This document shows positions 51,401 through 64,000 of a DNA stretch of 64,000 bases, one piece after another. The notes under the pieces were generated by a model, which saw nothing but the letters and a program-made list of their open reading frames with translations, did no database searches and was not told the origin of the DNA. The stretch covers positions 13,888,001 to 13,952,000 of the forward strand of contig NC_135251.1 of NCBI RefSeq assembly GCF_964204865.1, read 5' to 3'. Each line of letters starts with the position of its first letter. Positions within the stretch are counted from its first letter, which is position 1. Source of the DNA: Styela clava. Taxonomy: Eukaryota. The position numbers and the translations under genes were made by a program.

Positions 51401-54400
51401 TGCGTTTTTTATTTTTTTTAATACATCTGCACTGGCCATCAAACTATAAATATGGATTTGTCACTATATGGATATTTCATAGAATAATGCATATAATTGT
51501 AATTGAATTATATTTTTTACATATTGATTTTGATTTCTCTTGGACAGATTAAAGGATTGAGTAGCGAAGAGGCAAAAAAAGAATGTGACAAAATGGCTGA
51601 AGTATTAGAATTAATGGATAAACGTGAGGCAAGATCATGCACTTTATCTGGTGGAATGAAAAGAAAATTATCTGTCGGAATCGCTCTCTGTGCTGGATCG
51701 AAGGTGACTATTAATAAGAACATCGTTCTTGTTTTTTTACTCGCTACCTTGCAATTTGTGTTCTAGTCCTATTCTATAAACTGTAAATTGTATCTATGTC
51801 TGTGGTCAAATAGGCGGATATTTCCAGTTCTGGTTAGAGCAGGGCTGTGCAACAGGCTGTCCGTGGCCTTCAAATGGCCCGCCAAGCGATTTAGTGTGGC
51901 CCTTGTCAATATTTAAATTTTTATCCATCAAGCGTAAAATCCTAAATTCGAAAATTTATGTTTAAAAAGGCACTCGCATCAATAAAAATACGTAATGATT
52001 TTTGCTCTCGTCACTGCGTTGAATCTTCCGCCGTTTTGCCCCCTGGGTTAGGGCACCGTACCTCACATGTGAATATTGCATTTTGAAGATCCTTGTGTTT
52101 AACCTGCGGTATTGTTAATACTAGTAACTTAATATATATGACTGACCGCTTATGTAGAGCTTTGTTCAGAGTGTAGATGTGCAAACTTTTTATTTTTTAA
52201 AGTTTATTGTTCTTGATGAACCTACTGCTGGCATGGATCCCGCAGCAAGAAGAGCTATATGGGACGTTATACAAAAATATCGAGACCAATGTTCAATGCT
52301 TTTGTCTACTCATTTCATGGATGAAGCTGATTTACTAGGAGATAGAATCGCTATCATGGCTGAAGGAAGAATTCGTTGTGCAGGTCATTTGAATTAAAAA
52401 TTCTTTTCCGGTGTATGTCTCTAATGTTTTGTTTTCAGGCAATGACTGTGATGAATACAATTGGTTATTTGTTAAAAAAAATCATATTAATGATAGCGTA
52501 AATTATAGCAATCTTCTATATGAAATGTTGGTGGAAAATTTGTTGTATCCTAAAGTATTCGCCAACAATTATTTAGGACAGGGGTCGGCAACCTACGGCC
52601 CGCGGGCCGGATCCGGAGCACTATAATCCGGCCCGCGACGCTTCACTAAATTATAGTAACAAAACATCCGTGACGAATATATTCTTCAGACTAAATTATA
52701 TTATAACCTAACAATTATATATTTCACAATTACTCGTTTAATGAGCATATAATTTAATTATAATTAAGCAAATGGCAACAAAACGCAGAAAAGTTGATGC
52801 TAAGTGCAAAGGGTTCAATGGCGCTGAAAATATTCAAATGGAATTTTATGAGATGCAATGAGGAAATAAATCTATGTTCTATTCGAGAGATGTATCACTG
52901 CTTGATTTTTATTATAAAAAGTACCATTCTTTCGGTTTTTCAATTTTCTGAAAAGATGTGCGGCCCGCCAATGACTTGCATGCAATGCTTGCAATCTTAA
53001 TTTTGGCCCACGAGCGACAAAAGGTTGCGGACCGCGGATTTAGGGTATCTAAATTGCTTTTATTATTGTGTTCTGCAGATGACATATATTTACTACACTA
53101 GAAATAGTCACAATTACAGTCATATGAATAATGAATATATTGGAAAATTTTCTCGTAATGTTCTCGAACATCTGAGTATATATTATTCATAAAAGAATAT
53201 ATTCAAATATCTCTTATTATGAATTAATGGTAATTGATTTAGTAAAATTAAATTAATGATTGTTTTGAGTAATAGGCTTTAGTACTGGTACATATTCATA
53301 TTTGAAAATCTAAACTTACCGGTATGTATACCAAAGCTATTTTTAATTTTGTGAAATTTTCAGTAATTTTAACTCATTCAAAAATCATTTCATTATGTTC
53401 TCAGGTTCTGCTGTATTCTTGAAAAATAAATTTGGTGTCGGATATCATGTTGTACTGAACAAAACACCGGAATGTCAAGTGGAGAAGGTAAACTTTATTT
53501 CTTTTATTCTCTGTAAGAAATCTTGGAAAAATTAATAGAAACAAATGTTAACTGTATTTTTTAAACCAAAAGGACCTCAAAAAAAAAATGTTTTTTTTAG
53601 ATTTGCAACTATAGCACAAGTCATTTTGTGAATAAGTCTCCATATGTTGTCCCCCCTTTTCACAAAACCCAAATTTGAAAAGAAATTATGTGATTTTTCA
53701 AATGCACATATCAAAAGCTAACAGGAAATATTGGTAAAAAACTGGGAACGAAAGAAATTTTTTTTTTCGTTATACAGTGTAATTTATGTGAATCCTATTC
53801 CTTATCAAGCGTGAATAGATCATATTGACAATTTAACATTAAAAGATTCTAAATAATTTTCAAATCAAGAATTAACTATATTGAATAGGCTATGAATAAT
53901 TTTGAATGTATATATAAGTTCCCGAAAGGCTCCGCGAGAGAAAACTATGGGCTTCACAATCTATTGGTTTAAAATACTAAATATTTTTCTAATAAAAAGC
54001 AGAAAATACATTTGAGTCAATAAATAAAGTGATTTTAATCTTTCAATAGCAATTTGTTTTTGTTTTTATTTCTATCAATTTGTTGTAGTGCTCCTTAAAT
54101 AATAGTTGACCTCTTTACAGGCTCCGTAACACCAAGGGTTTTAGTTTGAGCACCCCTGCATTAGTCCAACTTTTTCATGTTTCTTTCGAAGGTCTCCGAC
54201 TTTTTTCAAAGTCATGTACCTGACAGCAGAATGGAGAGAACAGCAGGAGCGGAAGCTTCTTTTCTTTTACCATTTGAATCGAGTAGTCTGTTTCCAACAT
54301 TATTTACTGAACTCGATAAAGCAATGAATGAACTTGGAGTTCTAAGCTATGGGGCATCAATTACAACATTGGAAGAAGTATTTCTCTGGTAAGAATGTTT

Positions 54401-57400
54401 GTTTTGAATTTTGTTAGGCGACATTACCTGATCAGGTGTTGCTAGCCTCTGTGTATATTCGAGGCTAATATTTGAGAAGAGTCCTATTCTCCTAATTTTA
54501 TTCTATTATTATCCTAGTTTTATTTTTATTATCCTACTATTAAGTAATTCCCATTTCAAGTACGGTAATCTAAGTAGATCAATTTTGCAGCAAAAAGGGA
54601 AATTTTTTTTGTACTTAGGAAATTGGTGACATAGTTGTTGTTAGTTCTTCAATTCAGCATTCAATCTTCTTCATCTGAATGGTATTTCAGGTTGAAATCA
54701 AAGTTGCTTTTGCATTAACAGAAAGACATTTTTTAGATTAGTTTTATGAGGGACAGGGACTTTATTGTTCATCCAGAACAAAGCAGCTACTTATACATAG
54801 GAGTCTAATATGCCTTCCAAATCAGCAGAATAATGTCGATTTAGCATAAATTTTCTAATTTATTACTTCAGGAGTGTACTTCAACTTTCAAACCCACTGT
54901 CAATAACTAAATTCGTTTGATATCAACCTAATTTTTTTATAGTGTCACAGAAGACGTAGCACAACCAGTAGCTGTTGCAAGCAGAAGATTATCGTTAACA
55001 GGAGCAGAGGAAGATCATAAAACACCTGCTTCTCCAACAATGAGCTCCGCAGGTAACAACAAATACTCTAATAGAAGCGATATAAATAGCTTGTTTGAAT
55101 GCTGCCACGAGTCGGCCTATCTCAGTTAGAGTAAGGCCGTAGACACACCAGCATCTGTCTTACTAAAAGTATTCGTCATCATATTATGATTATTACTTAT
55201 AGTCAGAAATGGATAAAATCCAATATTCCACTATTCTGAATATATTTTAAAGTTATATTTTTATATGTGTGATATCAAATATACTTTACATTGGACAACA
55301 TTCTATGAAAGCCATTATACATACAATGAGTTTAATTCAAAAATACAGGAAAGTTCATTGGTTATTGGTTCTCTATCTTGTATAGTTCATGTTATTTTCA
55401 AATAATCCTTTTAAATTATTTCTAAAATCAAAAATTTAACAATATAATTAAACTCTATTCGTTTTGGACATGCCTGCTTACAGTCATTGCTTATATATGT
55501 ACAAACTATGGCAATGCATTGGATGATTAAAAGAGCACTTGCAACCAGTGTGATTGACATTTTTAGTTTGATAAGCATTTTACTGTTTTTTCATAGGTGA
55601 TGGAAATCCTTTATTTTATTTAACAGATATATTGCAGCCACCTGATGTACCAAATACAGGAACAGCATTATGGTTCCAACAATTCCATGGATTACTCGTC
55701 AAAAGAATTCTGCATTCGAGAAGACATCTTAAGGTTTGTAATTGGTTTTTGGAATCATTTCATTTTGCCCATCCTCACACATTAAGTATTTTTCTAAGGC
55801 TTCTTTGGACTGTTACAAAATTAGCCAAGTCAGTATTTTAACAAGTAAACGAATAGCTCACGCCCTCGTGGTGCCCCTTGTTTTCTCTTGTGAAGCCATT
55901 GGGCTCAGTATGGAACACTTTGCGCGTATTCCTGATGCTAAACATGATGCGCCAACTGCTTTACCAATATGAATTGGCGTTTCCATTTTTTTGCTGAAGA
56001 TTTCATATTTTGGAAATTATCAAATATTTCATGTTTGGGAATATTGTATATTCAGAATAGCTTATTTTTCAGTTTCAATTGCATTGAAATTTTCTAAATG
56101 TTTTTTCTTTGCCTTTTAGGTTCTGATATCACAATTATTGGTTCCTGTTGTTTTTGTCATTCTTGCGATCATCAATGCAAAATATGCTCCATTCCTCGAA
56201 ACCAACAAAGAACTCGGTATTCACTTTCTTTCTTGAATACTTTTGAATATGATATTTCATAGGAAATGATGACTGCTCATCAATTAGACCAATTTGTTGA
56301 CTGCTAAAAAAGAAAACAGTTTTAGCCTCAATCATAAAATTATTACGAGACAATTCATCAGTGTAATTGTCTCATAATTAGGAGTGGAGAAAATCGAATA
56401 ATTTTATTAATATTTTAATATCAAATGTTTGAATAATGGATAGATATATTCTCTTACTCGATTCGAAGCAACGCGATTGGCGGTTGAAAAATTATTTGAA
56501 TGACGAAAAATTCGATAAAAATGTGCATGTTTTCTGATTTTGTCATAATCGCTGACTGTTTTTAGTCAGTGTGATATTTTCGGCAGTGGAAACCCTAAAT
56601 GTTAGTAAGCTATCTCCTGTCAGTACTTATTTTTTTTACAAGTATTAAATTTTCGCCCCTGCGAACATTGAAATTTATACCATAATCCCTGAAAATGATA
56701 ATTCTTATACAAGATATGAAAATCTAAATTAAGAAAATTGCCAGACCGGCATATATCTATTTAGTGTCAATATGCATTAACGTCATAGTTTCTTATTTTG
56801 TATGATTTTCCACATTCCAGATCTTAGTCTATTTGGCTATGGGAACACCACAGTATCTTACAATGGGAGCACTGATATTCAAAAACTCACTGATATATAT
56901 GCACAACAGTTTACAGGTTTGTGAATGTGTAGGCAAAGAAGATAAGTAATAATATTTCAAGATTTGTATGGATAAACCCCTGTTATATTATTATCAGTAT
57001 AGATTTAATCTTGCCATGATTTTTCGAGATTTGAAAATGGCATTTTCCATTTTCCAAATATTGACAATACTTCAAAGAGTATATATATATAGTAACATAG
57101 AAATCTACGGTATATATATATCCATGTATAAAACATTTTACAATTCATTGCATTAATAACAGATTAAAGGTTATTTACTTTATCTCCCCTCCAGCATGTT
57201 TTAATCCGCTCGTATCAACTTTTCTACCATTTTGAAATATTGATAAGGTTTAATCTTCCAGAACATCAATTTTATTCTATCATTATTATTGTTGATATTA
57301 CTGTTTTTGAAACTCGATTCTCGTTGTTTCTTTACTTTATAAATTGGTCTTTTTTTTGTCAGATCTTGCAGATGCCGTGAACATTCAAGGAGATCTAGAA

Positions 57401-60400
57401 ATGCATTTGTCTAATGAATACAAAAAACAAGGAGGCAGCTTCAACAATAAAAATATTATCAGTGGAACCGTGAGAGATAATAAAAGTATGGAAACTTTTT
57501 CTAATTTTTCTTCTTATGCTTGGCTGTTGAATGTTCTGAAATACTGTTTCACTGTTTTGAATAATGTAAATATTTTCTTTATGATAATCTTAATTCTCAA
57601 TTTAATTAATGGGACAACTAATGTTTAATAATATGGTGAATGATATGAATTTTTAAATAAAAATCCTTTTTAGGAAGATTTTGGATGGTAGAAATTATTA
57701 GCATTTTCTTTAAAACAAGACGAATGCAGTAAAACTAATGCAAATATAAATGTTGTAATAAGGTTATGATATATTTATTTATTCAAATCGGAGGTTGCCG
57801 ACGGCAACGATTCATTTAAGAGACAACGCTGGGCATAACAGACATATTACATGTGTCATTTGAATTCCATAATTCTGCCTGGTTGTGCAAAACAAGCTCA
57901 AGGTTCTCATTGCTGAGTAAATATAAGTTGTGATCAATTTTCATTTCTAAGATTTGTGGATATTTTGAAAACCTGGTCCGAGAAAAAAATTTTGTTTTAA
58001 AATCTTGATATAGATGATTGATTTTATTTCATTTACCTCATTTACTGTATTTCAGGTCCTTTGAATTCCACCGTTGCTTGGTTTAATGCTCAGGGATGGC
58101 ATTCATCGGCAAATACACTTTTGTATGCTGATCAGGCCTATATAAGATGGAAACTCAACAACACTGGATTCGATTTGGATGTTTCAAACCATCCATTGCC
58201 GAGGAATTCATCTGCTAGAGTGCAGGAACAACTCGTCGGGTTTGTGATTAAATTTATTATAATTCTAAACAGTTTGTGCTTTACATTTTAATAAATTTGT
58301 TTTCACGACGTTTTCATAAGTCAGATTTCGTAACTATTCTTGAGTTCCCAATCTAAGCTAAGGTGACAATTCACTTTGTAGTAGGGAAGTGCCATTGAAT
58401 TTTCAAATTGATGATGTGAAAATATTTAAAAAAAAAAGGAATTTAATGATTGTTTTTTGTTTCTTGCACATAATGGTATTTTCAACATGAGCCATGACAA
58501 TATTTCTCAAAGTAAATTCTTGTGCCGCAAAATTAATATATTCAGAATATTTAAAAAGTGTTCTACTCAAACTATTTCGATTTGGATATTCTGAGCGATA
58601 TAGCCTACCTTTTTTATATATCACAAATTTTGCTATTAAAATATTCTCATGAGGCTTAAACATACTTATCTTCTTCTAGGTCAATTGCTGGATTCATGAT
58701 TGCATTCAACGTTGTTCTTGGCTTTTCTTTCCTTGCTGCTTCGTTCTCTATCTTCATTGTGAGAGAGCGAACAGATCGAGCATCGTTACTTCAAACACTA
58801 GCAGGTGTCGACCCTATTTGCTTCTGGCTTTCTGGTTTTCTATGGGACTTCATCAACTTTCTGATTCCGTGTTTGATATGTATGGTGAGTGACCATCATT
58901 TTATTCAATTTTTGTTAAATGGCTCATTTGCTCCGAGTATCAAGAAATAAGGGCTATGCAGCATAATTCTCGGACTTCATTGGCATATGGGGAGTTTTGC
59001 GGTGTAAGATTAGGGTTATGTATGACTAATAATTGTCGGTGCCCAAATGTCCTCTTATAAATCCACATATATTTGTAAACCTAATATTTATTAATTAACT
59101 GGCTGAAAAGCAAACTCTTGTGCCACCTCATGGTCTGAGACTAATGTAAACTCTATAAAAAGATAAATGATAATGACTTTGAAATTTGATTGTTTGATTG
59201 ACCAACAGTACATAATCCATTGGCTGTTCAATTTTTTAAATGCATTTCGCGACCAATCATTTTTCATTCAATCTAAAGTTGGATCTGAAATTTAAAATCC
59301 TTTATTCTTCAGATTGTTTTTGCCATTTTTGGAGTCGAAGAATTTTTACACAACGGTCAATTTGCAATCACACTCCTGCTTTTTGCTCTCTATTGCTGGG
59401 CTGCTTTACCATTGACTTATTTGATGTCTCTGCTATTCTCCTTGCCAACAACGGCACTGGTTACCATCACCATATTTGGAGATATCATGGGGCTTGCAAC
59501 CATTATTACAATCAATGTTTTAATGCTCATTGGTACGTCATTTGAATTGTCATCAAGCCGTAAGCTAGTTTGCTCATAGCTGAAATTCTTTTCACTATGT
59601 ATCACTGTTATATAAATTTCAAGTATTATGTACTAATGTGCAAGCTGCAGCATCAAACGAAACATTGAAAAGGTTTAAAAAAGAGTGGATATCATAATTT
59701 TACTATTAGACAGCCTAGACCTGAACTAGACAGCCTATTTATATAATAAGCTATTGTTTCAGCATCAGTTTGACATTAATTTGTACCAATGGAGGTTTGT
59801 GTAACAAATGTAACCAACCAAAATTTATGTTAATCATCTTACAGCAGTAATAACTTAGATATATACTGCTTAATTACCATATTGTCTGATGAAGATCAGA
59901 AAAACATCTCGTTGTAAATATGAAAATTCATATTTTTTGTTACAGATGACAATACAAGAGATGTTGCAAAAATACTGGATTGGGTGTTTTTGATTTTACC
60001 ACAATATTCCATTGGACAAGGGCTGGCTGATTTATACACCAATGATAAGATGGTGAATGTTTGTACCACGGATGCCATGATGGAAGCAATTTGTGAGGAA
60101 TATGGTATGTAATAGTACTGTTGTATTAAAGATTTTCAAAGCGCTTACACTAATCTTCCATTTATATATGGATTTTATTGGTGAGAAGTCACCAAAACAA
60201 GTTAGTAGGCATCCACGATCTCCGTTGATAGTTGAGGCCCGCGCTCAAGCAACCAGTCAACCATCTATAGAAACTTGCGTTTCTATAATGGCAGCGTGAT
60301 TAAGTGTAACTGAAACTGCAAGTTCATTTTGAGCACTGCGCGTTTCGTAGACATTCTCGCGTGAGTGATATACCGTTGCTAATAATTAAAATAGAGTTCA

Positions 60401-63400
60401 CTAAAATCACTAAGGCGTTCCCAGTTTATGGAGTATCGAGACAAAAGACGATTTTGAAGGAGTATTTTCTTCAGCGGTAGCGTTCTTGCAAGTTCAATTT
60501 TCGACTTGGTTGATAAGAAAGCAACAATACAATGTAAAAAAATTAGAAATTTCATAATGATCGGCCTGTTTTTCGTTGTTACCATGGAAACTTCAATCCG
60601 GACTTTCTATGAAACGCTTATTACTAGGGTGACAGGATAACCCACATGAAATTTCATCCTGATCGGTCCAGTCGTTAAGACGCTAGAGCTTCGACAAACA
60701 GACATAAAGAATAAGGGTATCCTATACCGGAGATCCAATATATGAAGCAATGATTAGTAATGTCGTTTTTGGAGTTTAATTGATTAATTAATAATGAGGC
60801 GTGTTGTACTCAGCATTATGTCTCTTCCTGTTATCGCATTATCTGCTTGCTTATGTTTGCTCTCAACAAGGTTCTAACGAGCACTCACAGATAAATTAAA
60901 ATTATGTGAGGATTTGATCATCCTGGAGGGTAAGACTGCTTGTTGCCGCGGGGCTGTTTTTGGTTCAGTTTAGACATTTTTCACTTACTATTACCAGGTA
61001 TTGGAACAATTCGAACTTGCACGATAATATGTGTCTATTAGTATGATTAGGATATCTTTTATCAGTAATCCTCTCTCTTTTGATAAATGTGAAATTGTAT
61101 ATTATCAGACGATTGACCACTTGTAGCAAAAGTAGATTTTTAATTTTCTATTTCAGGAATCACTTTTCAGACGAATTTCTTGGCATGGGAACGATATGGT
61201 GTCGGTCGATTTGTGGTCTTCATGTTTTTAGAAGGACTCCTCTTCTTTGGCATCTTATTTGCAATAGAATATGACATTGAAGGAGTGTTTTTGAGACTCT
61301 CAAGATCTCTCCGTAAAAAAGTGACCGTAAATAACATTTTGTACCATGTTCACCATTACGATAAATGATAGTCTATTTAATTCATCATAATTTTTCAACA
61401 TCTCAATCTAGACTGTAATTTGCTTAAATTACTGTATTTAACGCAACTGTGTGCCAAATGACGGCCTTTGCTAGTGGTCCCAAGCATGCCTCTTAGTGTA
61501 CTCTTGCTGTACTAGCCAAGATTTCTCAATTTGGCAATTGTCCCTTATTTGTGCCACTACTTTAATTTAAGCAAATTAACTGGGACTATTTTCATTCTTC
61601 GACTGTAATCCATTTTTTATTTTCGAATGTGGTACATGAAAGAACTGGTGGAAATCCTTTGAACACAAAACTATTTTGTTTTATTGAACGCCAGGGGCCG
61701 CAAAGTCCTTGGAGGTTTTCCATCAACTTTTTCCTCCGTAGTGATAAATATAAAAAAATTTACTTTGTGAATTTTTCATTTTATTAGGTTCGAAGTGTTT
61801 AGCATTTTGTATCAATAGACAATAAAATAATTGTACCGCTCTCCTAATTCAGGCTGCCATCATGTACGGAACTGAAAGCACTATTCTGGATGATGACGTT
61901 TCAAATGAACAAAATCGAATCAATGATACTCTGCTTCCAGAACTCAAGAAATCTGAATTGATATTTGCAAAGAATTTAAGAAGGGTAATTTTTTTCGCTA
62001 TATTTTCATTACTAAAAATTGCAAATTTAGTAAAAAAAATATTTTTTGATCAACTGAATATTCGAAAACCCCAATCAAGATAGCATATATTTTGGTACTC
62101 CCGAAGTATGTGAACCAAGATGGCGGACACTAGAACGTAGTATGTGTACCAGGTTAGGGTTAGGCCATAATTTCAGGTACAAAATACTTAAGGAGTCACT
62201 TGGCTAGTCCCCGAACTCATAATAGCACTAAAATAAGGAAAATTGGAATAAAATTATGCATTAACCCTAACCTTGTACACATACTACGTTCCAGTGTCCG
62301 CTATCTTGGTTCCTGGTTCTGGATTACCTATATTTTAATCCAAAGTTATCATTTAGATTTTAAATTTTGTATGTTTCGACTAAAAAGCTCTGTGATATTT
62401 TTAATGCATATAATTTAAAACTATATTCCAATATTGACTAATGCTTGAATAAAATTTTGAATTAAATTTTTTCCATATTGTCTTGTTTCTCCACAAATCA
62501 GCTTAAAACTCAAGTTACCTCACAATTCTCTGTCTGTAGTAAATCATGTTATTGAGTAAATGTATTGGTCTTCATCAGGTTTATGCTGGTAAGAAAGGTG
62601 GAGGTGTTTCTCGAATTATTGCTGTGGACAATCTTAATCTCGGAGTTCCAAAAGGAGAATGTTTTGGATTATTGGGCATCAATGGAGCAGGAAAAACAAC
62701 AACTTTCAAAATGCTAACCGGTGATGTTCGACCAACAGCTGGTACAGCATATGTAAACGGGCATGATATCATTTCTAATAGAAAACAGGTTAGATAAAAT
62801 GCTACTACTCTATGCTGATTTAATTAATATTTATTCTGTTGATTACTCGATACCTTCTTTCTCATATAGTTAAGAATTTTCAAAGAAAAAAGAGTTTAAA
62901 TTTTAAATAACTGTTTAAAAAAGCTTATTCAATTTATGTATTGAAAATCTCTGTTACTTTTCATAATCGTTATACTTTCAGTAAGAAATAAATCAGGATC
63001 TTTGTCAGCTTGTACGAATAATTTAGGTACTCCTGACGTATGCGCACCAAGATGTCGCACAACCAGAACCCTAACCTGGTACACAACCTGAGTTCAGGTT
63101 GTGCGCCATATTGGTACGCTTACTTCAGGAGGTCCATAATTTAAGTATGACATGGTATATTTAAATATTCATTTTTTAAAAATATAGGGTATCCCAGGAT
63201 AAATGAAACCCTCAAAATTGGTAAACAAATTAAAGGGTTGTATTTTATTTGGGACACCCTGTATAAGGGGTTCTAGCGAATTTCCAACTATTAAGGGTTG
63301 GTGCATTTGAAAAATGAAGGTATTTGACCAAAATCTTTGACATTTTTTCAATGAAATTACTATTTACTAGTTAATTAACTAATAATCAAATTTTAAATAA

Positions 63401-63866
63401 TCACAAGATAGAATATTGAAACGCTAAATAATCCAGCTATAGACACTAGTATTTCCCTCAAATTTTCATTGATGTTTTTTTTTATTTGACGTTCATTCAC
63501 CCTTCACTTCGAACAATACTATACAAACAGTCACTGATATCTCACAATATGTAAAGAGTTACTTTTATTTGGATTTGAACATTATCAAGGCTGTTCAACT
63601 TTGATGTCAACCTATTGCAAAATATTTCACATATATCAGTGCATGTGTATACAACTAAATTTTTTTGTTCAATTTCAGGCACAACAAAAAATTGGATATT
63701 GCCCCCAATTTGATGGTTTAATTCAACAAATGACAGGACGGGAAACTCTAGTGATGTACGCTCGACTTCGTGGTGTGAAAGAAAAATATATTCAGGATAT
63801 TGTTGAAAAACTTGCTAAATTATTGCACTTCAAAGAACATATTGACAAAGAATGTGGTACATACAG
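36446..63866 (+). CDS. ABCA3: ABC transporter subfamily A member 3-like (phospholipid-transporting ATPase), 3'-partial, 34 coding exons in window
   Basis: Exons: 36446-36630, 37507-37676, 37918-38103, 38680-38847, 39264-39437, 42108-42297, 43785-43888, 45094-45231, 45828-45931, 46361-46477, 46957-47074, 47276-47449, 47886-47953, 48292-48405, 48893-49081, 50197-50329, 50806-50960, 51548-51703, 52203-52383, 53405-53487, 54192-54388, 54943-55052, 55597(or 55627)-55733, 56120-56216, 56821-56916, 57363-57485, 58056-58239, 58680-58884, 59313-59532, 59946-60104, 61157-61320, 61853-61984, 62579-62788, 63679-63866. Motifs: [44 protein letters not shown] (ABCA3-type ECD1), RFPYPPY and [14 protein letters not shown]1 has GHNGAGKTT / LSGGMKRKL / IVLDEP / STHFMDEAD and NBD2 has GINGAGKTT / IGYCPQFD. 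The gene continues beyond the window. Confidence 0.93.
36737..37137. mobile_element. MITE with GGGTCT...TAGTTTAGTACC TIR, apparently nested in an older hAT-like element (about 36714-37377)
   Basis: Left GGGGTCTG..TATAGTTTAGTACC, right GGTACTAAACTACACGAGACCC. The internal motif CACCCGAAATC...TCTCTCGTTT occurs twice. Confidence 0.65.
39526..39718. mobile_element. GG...CC MITE, asymmetric subfamily, one end truncated
   Basis: Colinear with 24113-24305; contains TTAGGGTTAGGG. Confidence 0.8.
40128..40464. repeat. About 170-bp diverged tandem duplication in ABCA3 intron 5
   Basis: CTTA.GGGA.AGCTAGT.CTTGTTATAAATATT...GAAATGTGGTAACAAGCTGTTTGTG.TCTATATGAAT at 40128-40290 and 40302-40464. Confidence 0.9.
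41464..41656. mobile_element. GG...CC MITE, asymmetric subfamily
   Basis: GGCGCTCCAGAAGTGTG...CTACGGGAGTACC; perfect 8-bp TSD AAAATGAC. Confidence 0.9.
43255..43711. mobile_element. hAT (Charlie-like) MITE
   Basis: TIR CAGGGTGGTCCAA / TTGGACTACCCTG with perfect 8-bp TSD CTCTAATC. A related, right-truncated copy starts at 16319. Confidence 0.92.
49534..49781 (+). mobile_element. SINE family A, degenerate internally deleted copy
   Basis: Matches both the head/body at 12670 and the ATATGTAAATCCTATCC tail at about 11760. Confidence 0.7.
49815..50099. mobile_element. Helentron/DINE-like non-autonomous element
   Basis: GTCT/GTAT microsatellite followed by GATATCTC...GAAGCCTATTGATTTTGG, the layout typical of DINE/HINE elements. 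A different element of similar layout may lie reversed at about 60130-60712. Confidence 0.5.
50988..51400. mobile_element. Mariner-like MITE remnants with internal duplication
   Basis: TA-CAGGGTGTCCATAAAGTC end, with a degenerate ~90-bp repeat at about 51301. Similar CACCCTG-TA ends at about 50750 and 63255; pogo-like TACAGTGATACCTCG end at 50636. Confidence 0.55.
52579..53037. mobile_element. hAT (Charlie-like) MITE
   Basis: CAGGGGTCGGCAACCT ... AGGTTGCGGACCGCGG with GGCCCGC subterminal motifs; TSD ATTTAGGA/ATTTAGGG. Confidence 0.85.
62094..62328. mobile_element. GG...CC MITE, long form with TTAGGG units
   Basis: Homologous to 8728-8962; perfect 8-bp TSD TATATTTT. Confidence 0.9.
63026..63135. 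mobile_element. GG...CC MITE, short palindromic form
   Basis: Homologous to 6413-6521; perfect 8-bp TSD ATAATTTA. Confidence 0.9.
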
Positions 63867-64000
63867 GTAAAGCATTTACTGCTCTTTAGATTGCAAGGAT
63901 TATATTTGATAGTGCAGTTGTTCTCACTTTTAAAGCCTCGCCCCCTTTTTAGAATTTGTCAAGTATCGCGTCCCACCTTAAAAATACCTAGCTAACAATA

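Noticed and set aside
6089-63866. Functional gene cluster linking TMED10, the MAM-like gene and ABCA3 (secretory/lipid pathway)
   Set aside because: Mixed orientations, an unrelated MRPL39 in between, and no sequence evidence of co-regulation. Adjacency alone is insufficient.

Overview
AT-rich, intron-rich eukaryotic DNA from an invertebrate animal. An ascidian-like genome is my guess and cannot be confirmed from this window. I reconstructed gene models by hand using GT-AG boundaries and phase checks. (1) TMED10/p24delta, minus strand, 5 coding exons, 204 aa. (2) MRPL39, minus strand, 10 exons, 454 aa, with a lineage-specific insertion and a C-terminal extension. (3) An unnamed 11-exon plus-strand gene, head-to-head with MRPL39, encoding a 378-aa type II membrane protein with a coiled-coil stalk and a divergent MAM-like domain. 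(4) An intronless 365-aa Ser/Thr-Pro-rich orphan ORF. (5) The first 34 coding exons of an ABCA3-like transporter that runs off the right edge. It carries three extra symmetric phase-1 exons (176 aa) in its first extracellular domain. Introns and intergenic DNA hold many short non-autonomous elements. These include a GG...CC MITE family with 8-bp target duplications and TTAGGG units, hAT and Tc1/mariner-type MITEs, two tRNA-like SINE families, Helentron/DINE-like elements and LINE-like 3' ends. The first 3.3 kb appears to hold a degenerate spliced gene remnant. I found no CRISPR array, rRNA, intact tRNA or autonomous transposase/RT. The best novelty candidates are the coiled-coil+MAM protein, the ABCA3 cassette exons, the intronless orphan and the telomere-repeat MITE family.
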